Position numbers and translations under genes: made by a program | In this document: in pieces, positions 30,892 through 39,387 of the stretch | How the letters are laid out: each line of letters opens with the position of its first letter | Position numbering within the stretch: position 1 is the stretch's first letter | Assembly (NCBI GenBank): GCA_013204185.1 | Contig: JABMOI010000015.1 | Location: 1-56,609 of the forward strand | DNA length: 56,609 nucleotides | Source of the DNA: a bacterium | GTDB taxonomy: Bacteria; Bacteroidota; Rhodothermia; Rhodothermales; UBA10348 | Reading direction: 5' to 3' | The notes under the pieces: generated by a model | Database searches by the model: none | Told to the model about the DNA's origin: nothing | What the model saw: the letters and a program-made list of their open reading frames with translations, nothing else

Positions 30892-33273
30892 TTACAAGTC
30901 AACTTCCCTTTTGCGAACCAAGAAAATGCCCTCGCCCTGGCTGCTCACGGCAATAATTCCGCTTTTGAAGTAGGGATAGTTACTCCACGAGCCTGCAAAA
31001 CCGTTCACGTTGTCGGCGTAAGGAGCGGTGTCAAAGTGACCTGCTTCAACTGGGTTTTCGGGATCGGTAATATCCAAAATGCGCAATCCTGATTGATAGT
31101 TGGATTGATAGATGAAGTTGCCTTTGACATACAAGTTGTGGTCGCTGGCGCCGTTGCTATGGTAAAACTCGTTGATCAGCACCGGATCGTCCAGATCGCG
31201 AACATCCCATACGAGCGTCCGGGTGCGATCTACAATCTTGTTCATCTCGTCCAATTCGTCGTTCATGTAGAAGTAGTTATGATCCTCAGACAACCAACCC
31301 TGGTGGGTATACGCCGTGTTAGGATACTTGGCCACTGCAATGGTCGCGGGATTCGCTTTGTCGCTCACATCGGCAATCACAAAGGCGCTTCCGTTAGACA
31401 TCAAGCAGACTTCTTGGCCGCTATGGTCGGAGTCGCCGCCGTGGTAGGTCACACATTGCGCGTCGTGCGTGCCACCGGTATCAGGATTTGAATAACAGCC
31501 AACAAATTCTGGATTGAGTGGGTCTTTCAAACTCATCATATGGAGCTGACCTCCGCACGACTCACCGCCCGCGCGAACTCCTACCGCATAGATATAACCC
31601 GAGTCCTCGTTTATGATGATGTTATGTGCGCTGGCCAAGCCCCGGTAAACGGCGTCTGGCTCAAAGTTGATGGGCATCTTTGTTGGATCGGCAAAGCGTA
31701 AGTGAGTCAAGTCAAAGATCTGCATTCCGTGCTCTTGGGCTGCATCGGCTACGATGTACGCGTGGTTGCGATACACCTTTACGTCGCGCCACCACGAACC
31801 CGGGCTGCCCTCCGTTCGCATAATTTGACCCACAACCAATGGGTGATTCGGCGCGCTAATGTCGATAAAAGATAATCCGTCGGTTCTACCTGCAAGGATA
31901 TACTCCTTACCGGTTTCTGGGTCTTCCCATCCCCAAATGTCGTTGAGCGTGGCTCCGCGGTCGTTAACCAATGCTCCGGTCGAAACAAAGGAGATCAAGT
32001 CAACATTGTCGCAAGGAAAAAGGGCTGCCTCGCCATCTTCGCACTTGATTGGTTCTTCTGATGCAATGGGTTCGAAGTAAGAAACATCGCCCATCAAACT
32101 ACCGGTAGCGTCCCAAAAACCATCCTCAGAACGAACGTAGGCCGTTGCCATTCCCGATTCGTAATAGGCATTTGGCGAACCAATGGCCAAGACGTCGCCT
32201 TCAATGGCCAACCCAACACCGAATCCACGCCGAGCTTCCACGTCTTCGGTTTCAATTGCTTTGTAGCCGGCTGCGAGGTCGTTCGTATTGAAGACAAATG
32301 CCTTGCTAGACGCTCCAACAAGCAAGTCTGAACCCGACAGCGCCAAGCCTTGTCCAAAACTAGCAGATCTACGTTCGCCTTCAGCAGGCTCAGCTTGCTG
32401 AAGTGTAGCCTTAAAGCCCCACTGGCCGTTTGCGTCGCGCTCAAATACGACAACGGCGCCGCTTTGCTCGTAACCTGTCGCCCCAACAAAAACCTGACTT
32501 TCGTTGGCAGCTACGGAGCGACCCAGCGCTGCTTTTGCGCCCAACTGATCCCCACTAAATTCAGCCACACTCGTCCAGTCTCTGCCTGCGATCAACTCAT
32601 AAATCATGACGCCGCCCATTCCTTCGTTCGCATCAGGGCTACCCAAGAAGAGAAAATTACCGGCTGAGGCCATCGACCAAATGGGCACGTCAACAAGCGT
32701 ACCCATGGAGTGCCACGCCGTACCCATGTGGTGAATACGATGAACGGCTCCTTCTTTGGTGTCCGTGTTGTAGGACGAAACCAGTACGTGGTCTCCAACT
32801 TTGGCCATATTCTGCGACCTGAAACCGCCCCGGGCATCGGCGCCGGCAAACTCAAAGCCCTTCGCTAGCTCTTCCGCTGGCCCAAACATACCTGCATCGG
32901 CCCATTCACCGTTTTTCCATTCGAAAGCATACACGGCGTTTTCACCGGGCGCACCAACCAGCATCATCCCGTCTTGGATGAGGATAGATCTGCCAAAATT
33001 ATCTCCCCGCTCGCCATCCGCAGCGCGAATCCGACCCACTTCTACCCAATCGCCATTTTCATTGCGGGCAAAGCGGTACACCTCGCCTGCTGGGTCCGCT
33101 CCTCCTGGCCATGAAATGGGAGCCGATCCAACGTAGATTTCGCCGTTGGCCATGGCAATAGCGCCACCGAACCCTTTAAATGTACCCCCATCGGCGCGGT
33201 AAAAAGTCTGTGCTTGGACCATAATAGATCCAAAAACGATCAGGGTAACTATTGAAAATGCGCGTCTAAACAT
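30892..33273 (-). CDS. Choice-of-anchor B family protein with N-terminal FG-GAP-like repeats
   Basis: Signal peptide; FG..[IV]...VGAP repeats; FPC.NVDL, NDIWGW.DPETGKEY, WRDVKVY, YTHQGWL, DELDE, DHNLY and GSWSNYPYF.SG motifs. Confidence 0.88.
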   Translation of the reverse strand: MFRRAFSIVTLIVFGSIMVQAQTFYRADGGTFKGFGGAIAMANGEIYVGSAPISWPGGADPAGEVYRFARNENGDWVEVGRIRAADGERGDNFGRSILIQDGMMLVGAPGENAVYAFEWKNGEWADAGMFGPAEELAKGFEFAGADARGGFRSQNMAKVGDHVLVSSYNTDTKEGAVHRIHHMGTAWHSMGTLVDVPIWSMASAGNFLFLGSPDANEGMGGVMIYELIAGRDWTSVAEFSGDQLGAKAALGRSVAANESQVFVGATGYEQSGAVVVFERDANGQWGFKATLQQAEPAEGERRSASFGQGLALSGSDLLVGASSKAFVFNTNDLAAGYKAIETEDVEARRGFGVGLAIEGDVLAIGSPNAYYESGMATAYVRSEDGFWDATGSLMGDVSYFEPIASEEPIKCEDGEAALFPCDNVDLISFVSTGALVNDRGATLNDIWGWEDPETGKEYILAGRTDGLSFIDISAPNHPLVVGQIMRTEGSPGSWWRDVKVYRNHAYIVADAAQEHGMQIFDLTHLRFADPTKMPINFEPDAVYRGLASAHNIIINEDSGYIYAVGVRAGGESCGGQLHMMSLKDPLNPEFVGCYSNPDTGGTHDAQCVTYHGGDSDHSGQEVCLMSNGSAFVIADVSDKANPATIAVAKYPNTAYTHQGWLSEDHNYFYMNDELDEMNKIVDRTRTLVWDVRDLDDPVLINEFYHSNGASDHNLYVKGNFIYQSNYQSGLRILDITDPENPVEAGHFDTAPYADNVNGFAGSWSNYPYFKSGIIAVSSQGEGIFLVRKREVDL

Positions 33274-33571
33274 GATGATTCTGTTTGGGTCAACGATGAA
33301 CAGGCCGGGGAAGCCGGCGGGAAGCGCAAATAGTAGCGAACGGTAGGCTTGAAGACAACCTTACCGTCAATTTACTTCTCATTTACGTTTTAACGTGCCC
33401 GAGAGTGTGCCGGCCTGTAGAACGCCTGTCATTTGAACGCGTGTTCATTCAAAGCTCCCTTATTTCCACTGAACACCACTTATACACGGTGCAGGGATTT
33501 CCGGACATGTTGTTGATTTGCTCTGAGCTACTTTGATGACGCATTTGGGCAATTCCGAATCGGAAGTCATC

Positions 33572-35242
33572 ATGCGCACTGCTACCCTTTTCTTATTAAC
33601 GGCTTTTCTGGCTTGGCCCGCCCTCGCCCAGACAGACCCTTCTTTGGTCGGGAATTGTGCTCCGAGAACCGCCGTTGCGTATCTCGACGTAAATAACGTT
33701 CGAGCTCGCATTTTTAATGGATCGGAGTTGTTTTACGGCCCCCCAGATGGGTACAGCGGTGGTGGACTAGAGATACCGATTGGTTCGGGACACATTGCAC
33801 ATTATGCCGACAATATGTGGCTTGGTGGATTGGTGAATGATGAAATCCGAACCTCAGGTTCCACTTACGGACCCTATGAAATGTGGCCCGGACCCATCCC
33901 TTCTGATGGCACGCCACCTAAAGATTGCTCTGCTTCCGATCGTTTCTGGTCGTTAAACAGAGAAGCCGACCTCAGTGATGCTAAACCCGGAATACGGCCA
34001 ACATCGGCCGAATTGAATTGGCCAGCCGCACTAGGAGCACCGTATCACGAAGTGGATGGAGTCGAAGGATACTCTCCAGAGTTCGGAGACAGACCGATGA
34101 TTCTCGGTGATCAGATGCATTGGTGGGTCATGAATGACATCGGAAATGAACATGCGTACTCTATGTCCGATCCCCTTGGAGTGGAAGTCACGTCTGCGGC
34201 GTTTGCATTTAAGGAGCCTCGCGTGCTTCAGGAGACCATCTTCATTCGCCACACAATCACCAATAAAAGCACCCATCCCATACGTGAAATGTATATCGGT
34301 CGTTTTTTGGACGTAGATCTTGGCGCAGCATTTGATGATTTTGTGGGTACAGATTCAACCCTGAGCCTGTTTTACTTCTATAATAGCGACAATGACGACG
34401 ATGGTAACTATGGCGAGGCCCCTCCCGCTCTTGGGTTGATGATTCTGGAAGCCTCCCACTCAGGCGGTGGGTTGCCCACAGATATAAGCTCGCCCAAAAG
34501 TAAATTCATGACCAACTCGGTTCACATCTATAAAGGTTCGAACCGCAACGTTCCGAATCCACGTGATAAATTTGCCATATATAACTATCTAAGAAGTTTG
34601 CAAGTTGGCGGAGGCCCTATTGTAGAGGGAGGAACGGGGGGCAATGATGATGGAATCCCCACTAAGTTCGCTTATCCCGGAGACCCTGTTACGGGTACTT
34701 ATTGGTCGGATATAAATTCGGATGGTGATGGCACCCAATCTTCACCTTGGGACCGAAGAGGCTCCGCTTCCTTTGGCCCGTTTGACCTCGAGCCGGGAGA
34801 ATCAGCCTCTTTTACATTTGCATATCTTTGGGCACGAGGCGTTTCGAATCTGGACTCCATCACTAGGCTTAGGTTTGTAGCTGAGAATATTCACTCGGCT
34901 TCTGAGGCCATTCTGAGCGGGGCAAGTTTTACTAATCGTCCAAAGTTTGTCGACAACACCCCTCCCGAGCGCCCACAGCAGTCATTCTGGATGGATGCGC
35001 CCTATCCCAACCCTTCGACTGGCCGCGCCACCATTAAATACAGCCTATCCATGGACGGCGATGCAGATATAGCCGTGTACGATGTGCTTTCCCGCAAAGT
35101 CGCTTCTATTCACAACGGAAATCAAACTGCGGGGCGCCATGAGGCCTCAATAGACACATCAAACCTCAAACCGGGTGTGTATTCAATCCGCCTAAATTCA
35201 AACCGAAGATCTTCCTCACGCCTGCTCACTGTCGTGCGATAA
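33572..35242 (+). CDS. T9SS C-terminal-sorting-domain protein, paralog 1
   Basis: Signal peptide from MRTATLF (ATG 33572); LDVNNVRAR, GDQMHWWVMND, GDP...W, DRR; CTD PYPNP...VYDVL.R...G.H...GVY.IRL...LTVVR. Confidence 0.85.
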   Translation: MRTATLFLLTAFLAWPALAQTDPSLVGNCAPRTAVAYLDVNNVRARIFNGSELFYGPPDGYSGGGLEIPIGSGHIAHYADNMWLGGLVNDEIRTSGSTYGPYEMWPGPIPSDGTPPKDCSASDRFWSLNREADLSDAKPGIRPTSAELNWPAALGAPYHEVDGVEGYSPEFGDRPMILGDQMHWWVMNDIGNEHAYSMSDPLGVEVTSAAFAFKEPRVLQETIFIRHTITNKSTHPIREMYIGRFLDVDLGAAFDDFVGTDSTLSLFYFYNSDNDDDGNYGEAPPALGLMILEASHSGGGLPTDISSPKSKFMTNSVHIYKGSNRNVPNPRDKFAIYNYLRSLQVGGGPIVEGGTGGNDDGIPTKFAYPGDPVTGTYWSDINSDGDGTQSSPWDRRGSASFGPFDLEPGESASFTFAYLWARGVSNLDSITRLRFVAENIHSASEAILSGASFTNRPKFVDNTPPERPQQSFWMDAPYPNPSTGRATIKYSLSMDGDADIAVYDVLSRKVASIHNGNQTAGRHEASIDTSNLKPGVYSIRLNSNRRSSSRLLTVVR

Positions 35243-35246
35243 CTCA

Positions 35247-36899
35247 ATGCAGCGCATTGCCTTCATATTGTTCGCCTTTGTTTTCTGCGCCCAAATCGCA
35301 ACGGCTCAAATCGACTCGCTGATGGTTGGAAACTGCGAAACCGGCCGGGCAGAAGCATATTTAGACGTTGGCAATGTGCGTGCGAGGCTTCTGAACACTG
35401 GTGGTCTCTTTTATCGAGGAAGTCCGGACGTGTATGAAGTACCCAAGGGTTCAGGTCTAAAGTCAATATTTGCTGCTAATTTACTTATTGGAGGTATGGT
35501 GGATGGTCAATTAAGAACGGCTGGGGCTGCTTACGGCCCCTACGAATTTTGGCCGGGTCCCATTTCCGCTCCGGGCTTACCTCCACCAAGCTGCGCGGAG
35601 TTCGACGCCATTTACTCGATAGACCGCGCCCAAGATCTGGATCCGTTCAAAGACGGAGTGATTACAAAACGCGTTCGAGAATGGCCCGCTGAATTAGGCG
35701 CACCATATGTAGATGTCAACGGAGTCTCAGGATATCAATTTGACGATGGCGACTATCCTGAGATCTTAGGCGATCAGATGCATTGGTGGGTGATGAACGA
35801 CGCTGGAAATCTGCATATCCGCACGCAGTCAAATCCACTTGGGGTAGAAGCCCGTGTTTCAGCTTTTGCCTTTGGCTCCCAGAGCAATTTGAAAAACGTG
35901 ACATTCTATCGGTACGAAATCAAAAACAGAGGCCTTAAGCCCATTGAGCAAGCGTATATAGGCCATCTGGTAGACGCCGATCTTGGAAATTTTCTCGACG
36001 ACAGGTTTGGATCTGACGCTCGGCATAGCATGATTTACTTTTACAATGCGGACAATGACGACGAAAGGAATTACGGCGAAAACCCTCCAGCACAGGGCAT
36101 CGCCATTATCGAAGCATCTAGCAGCCAAGGAGACCTGCCTTCAGATATCTCACCGGGCCGAATTGAAGGATTGATGACGAACGCCATGATGTATTGGGGA
36201 GGGGGTGGTCCACAAGGTGATCCAGGCAATGCATCTGACACGTACAATTATTTACGAAGCCGATGGAAAGATGGGTCAGTGCTTAGAGACGACATGTTTG
36301 GCGGGATTTCGGAAGCGCCGTTCGTTCCTATGATGTTTTCGGGTGACCCGGTAACTGGTGGCTTTTGGTCAGAAGTCAATATCGATGGAAATGGGAAGGC
36401 TTTAGCACTTGGAGACAGAAGGGGAATTGGCTCGTACGGGCCGTTTGATCTCAACCCAAATGAAACGGCAACGTTTACTTTTGCTTACGTTTGGGCTCGA
36501 GGCGACAACAACTTAGATTCAATTACTGCCCTTAGGCAGTTGGTTTCTGGGGTACATTCCGCTAACTCTTCCCTTTTGCAGCCGCGTCAGGAGCCTCAAA
36601 AATTTGTCGACAACAGCCTACCCGAACGTCCCCAACAGTCCTTTTGGCTCAATGCGCCCTATCCCAACCCTTCTAACGGCTCTACTACCATCAGGTATAG
36701 CCTGACACTTGATGGCCCTACAGAAGTGGCCGTCTACGATGTCCTTTCCCGCAAAGTGACCACGCTTCACTCCGGAACACAAACCGCCGGCCCTCATGAA
36801 GTCACGTTCGATGTGTCGAGTCTTCCACCAGGCATCTACACCATTCGCCTCCAATCCAACCGAAACGATACTTCTCGGCAGCTAACGGTGGTGCGTTAA
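35247..36899 (+). CDS. T9SS C-terminal-sorting-domain protein, paralog 2
   Basis: Same architecture and motifs as paralog 1; starts 4 bp after its stop. Confidence 0.85.
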   Translation: MQRIAFILFAFVFCAQIATAQIDSLMVGNCETGRAEAYLDVGNVRARLLNTGGLFYRGSPDVYEVPKGSGLKSIFAANLLIGGMVDGQLRTAGAAYGPYEFWPGPISAPGLPPPSCAEFDAIYSIDRAQDLDPFKDGVITKRVREWPAELGAPYVDVNGVSGYQFDDGDYPEILGDQMHWWVMNDAGNLHIRTQSNPLGVEARVSAFAFGSQSNLKNVTFYRYEIKNRGLKPIEQAYIGHLVDADLGNFLDDRFGSDARHSMIYFYNADNDDERNYGENPPAQGIAIIEASSSQGDLPSDISPGRIEGLMTNAMMYWGGGGPQGDPGNASDTYNYLRSRWKDGSVLRDDMFGGISEAPFVPMMFSGDPVTGGFWSEVNIDGNGKALALGDRRGIGSYGPFDLNPNETATFTFAYVWARGDNNLDSITALRQLVSGVHSANSSLLQPRQEPQKFVDNSLPERPQQSFWLNAPYPNPSNGSTTIRYSLTLDGPTEVAVYDVLSRKVTTLHSGTQTAGPHEVTFDVSSLPPGIYTIRLQSNRNDTSRQLTVVR

Positions 36900-36903
36900 C
36901 TCC

Positions 36904-38556
36904 ATGCGCCGCTTCTTATTCATAGCAATTACCTTCCTTTTCTGCGCACAAATCGCACCTGCTCAAACCGATCCTTCATTGGTCGGGAATTGCGAACCGA
37001 GCACGGCCGAGGCCTACTTGGATGTCGGAAACGTACGCGCGAGACTTCTCAACACAGGTACCCTCTTTTACCGAGGCTCCCCATCAGTTTACGAGGTCCC
37101 AAAAGGCTCCGGTCTCCATTCCGTGTTTGGAACGTCACTTTGGATTGGCGGCTTGGTTGATGATGAAATTCGAGCAGCAGCCACGTTGTTCGGTCCGCAT
37201 GAGTTTTGGCCCGGCCCAATTGCGACTCCGGGCGTACCTCCAGAACAGTGTAAAGACTACGATTCAATCTTTACGATTGACCGAGAACAAGATCTCGACC
37301 CATTAGAGGACGGTTTCATTTCACCGCGAGTCAAGGAGTGGCCTGCTCACCTCGGCGCTCCATTCAAAGATGTAAACGGCGTCCTTGGGTATCAACCAGA
37401 AGAAGGGGACGTTCCGGTAATACTGGGCGATCAAATGCACTGGTGGGTCATGAACGATGCTGGAAACGTTCATGGTTTGTCCCGCTCGAATCCATTGGGT
37501 ATCGAAATGAGAGTTTCTGCTTTTGCCTTCAAACGCCCTCATGGCTTGGAAAACGTGACCTTTTATCGATACGAGGTTACAAATAAAAGCCTAAAAATAA
37601 TTGAGAAGGCTCACATTGGTCACTTTGTTGATGCCGATTTGGGAGCTGCATTTGATGATCGTTTTGGATCGGACTCTACACTCAGCATGATTTATTTCTA
37701 CAATGCCGATAACGACGATGACGGCCAATACGGACCTGCCCCACCAGCACTAGGAGTCGCTATAATCCAAGCCTCGCATAGCAGAGGAGGCCTGCCTTCG
37801 GATTTTTCTGGTACGCGCTCAGGGGAATTTATGACCAGTGCTAAACACGAGGCTACTGGAGGAGGCGTCACAGGCGATCCATCATCGGCTTCTGATTTCT
37901 ACTACTATCTTAGCGGCAGGTGGAAAGATGGAAAAGGTTTTACGGAAGGCGGGTATGGTAGAGGAACATCGACTAAACCAAGCCCGATGATGTGGACTGG
38001 AGATCCGGTAATCGGAGCATTTTGGTCTGAAGTCAATACCGATGGTGCAGGAGGGACAATTCCTCCCCAGGATAGACGTGGTACGGGGTCTTTTGGACCT
38101 TTCGAACTTGAGCCTGAGGACACCGCAACTTTCACGTTCGCGTATGTTTGGGCCCGAGGTGAAAACAATTTGGACTCCATCTCTAAGCTTCGACGATTAA
38201 CCCAAGCCGTACACGAGACCAGTTCGATTATTCTGCAACCTCGTCAGGAGCCCATCAAGTTTGTTGATGGCAACCTCCCGGAGCGCCCACAGCAATCTTT
38301 TTGGCTTGATCCGCCCTTCCCAAACCCCGGAAATGGCCCGATCACGATCAAATTTAGCCTCTCACTGGACGGGCCCACGGAGATTGAAGTTTATGATGTC
38401 CTTTCGCGAAAAGTCGCCTCTATTTTGGGCGGTTTTCAGCAAGCTGGTAGGCATGAAGCCTCCTTCGATACCTCCGACTTAAGGCCCGGCGTTTACACCA
38501 TTCGCCTTCAATCCAACCGAAACAGTACGTCACGGCAACTAACGGTTATTAGGTAA
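36904..38556 (+). CDS. T9SS C-terminal-sorting-domain protein, paralog 3
   Basis: Same architecture and motifs; starts 4 bp after the paralog 2 stop. Confidence 0.85.
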   Translation: MRRFLFIAITFLFCAQIAPAQTDPSLVGNCEPSTAEAYLDVGNVRARLLNTGTLFYRGSPSVYEVPKGSGLHSVFGTSLWIGGLVDDEIRAAATLFGPHEFWPGPIATPGVPPEQCKDYDSIFTIDREQDLDPLEDGFISPRVKEWPAHLGAPFKDVNGVLGYQPEEGDVPVILGDQMHWWVMNDAGNVHGLSRSNPLGIEMRVSAFAFKRPHGLENVTFYRYEVTNKSLKIIEKAHIGHFVDADLGAAFDDRFGSDSTLSMIYFYNADNDDDGQYGPAPPALGVAIIQASHSRGGLPSDFSGTRSGEFMTSAKHEATGGGVTGDPSSASDFYYYLSGRWKDGKGFTEGGYGRGTSTKPSPMMWTGDPVIGAFWSEVNTDGAGGTIPPQDRRGTGSFGPFELEPEDTATFTFAYVWARGENNLDSISKLRRLTQAVHETSSIILQPRQEPIKFVDGNLPERPQQSFWLDPPFPNPGNGPITIKFSLSLDGPTEIEVYDVLSRKVASILGGFQQAGRHEASFDTSDLRPGVYTIRLQSNRNSTSRQLTVIR

Positions 38557-38683
38557 AGGACGCGTATTTGGTGATTGAACAGGTGATGTTGGTGCCTTTT
38601 AGGTGTCAATTATTTGTGGGCACCTCTTTCTCCTCAAACAATACGCCGTTGTGGACCAAAGTGGAACCATCAATTCACATTGT

Positions 38684-38703
38684 TGTTACCATTTCTGATA
38701 ACA
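38684..38703. promoter_or_regulatory. Inverted repeat just upstream of the putative TA pair (candidate operator)
   Basis: TGTTACCA-tttc-TGATAACA (one mismatch), ending 7 bp before the ATG. Confidence 0.5.
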
Positions 38704-38710
38704 CTTATCA

Positions 38711-38905
38711 ATGGGCAAGATACGCCGGGGAGGATATGTCTTCTTGACCTGGATAGGCGACCACAGTCCCTATCACGTACACGTGTACAAAGATGGCCAT
38801 TTCATCCTAAAATGGGACCTTGAGAATTCCCAAGCCATGAAGGGTGAGCCAAATAATCGAATCCTCAAGCTCATTCAAGAACTGAGAAATGAAGGCCTTC
38901 TATGA
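38711..38905 (+). CDS. DUF4160-like small protein (putative toxin)
   Basis: 64 aa with DH.P.HVHV motif; ATGA overlap with the next gene. Confidence 0.65.
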   Translation: MGKIRRGGYVFLTWIGDHSPYHVHVYKDGHFILKWDLENSQAMKGEPNNRILKLIQELRNEGLL

Positions 38906-39387
38906 AAATCGATTCAGTAGCATTCAACAATCACAAATCTGAGTTTGAGATTGCTTCGGCAGGGCGCCAATTAGTTTTCCCGTATGTCAGGCTGCGAGTA
39001 CGTCCGAGCGCAAGCGATTCGATCTCTGAGGTATTCGTAGACGAAGAATTAGGAAGAGAGGCATTTACATACCGACTCGAATCAGGCGCCGAGGATTCGG
39101 TTCATATGGATGCAGTTCTCGAGTTCAACATGGATCCAGACTACTTCAACGATCTGATCATGTACAAATTGACCGTAGAAGCCATGAAGGCCATACAGCA
39201 AAGCGGTTTAGGCAAACGGCAGATTGCACGGCAGATGGGAACGTCGCCCTCTCAACTTTATCGGCTCTTGGATACCACGAACCGAAATAAGTCGCTAGGT
39301 CAACTGCTCTTCCTGTTTCATCTCGCAAATAAAAACGTCGAGCTTCTGGTTTCAGACAAACGCGCTACTGATACCGAATGCTCTTGA
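38902..39387 (+). CDS. Putative antitoxin with C-terminal HTH
   Basis: C-terminal SGLGKRQIARQMGTSPSQLYRLLD HTH; translationally coupled to the upstream ORF. Confidence 0.65.
   Translation: MKIDSVAFNNHKSEFEIASAGRQLVFPYVRLRVRPSASDSISEVFVDEELGREAFTYRLESGAEDSVHMDAVLEFNMDPDYFNDLIMYKLTVEAMKAIQQSGLGKRQIARQMGTSPSQLYRLLDTTNRNKSLGQLLFLFHLANKNVELLVSDKRATDTECS

Noticed and set aside
33572-38556. Paralog triplet as a DGR or shufflon target set
   Set aside because: No reverse transcriptase or recombinase, no near-identical template/variable repeat pair, and differences are not adenine-specific by eye.
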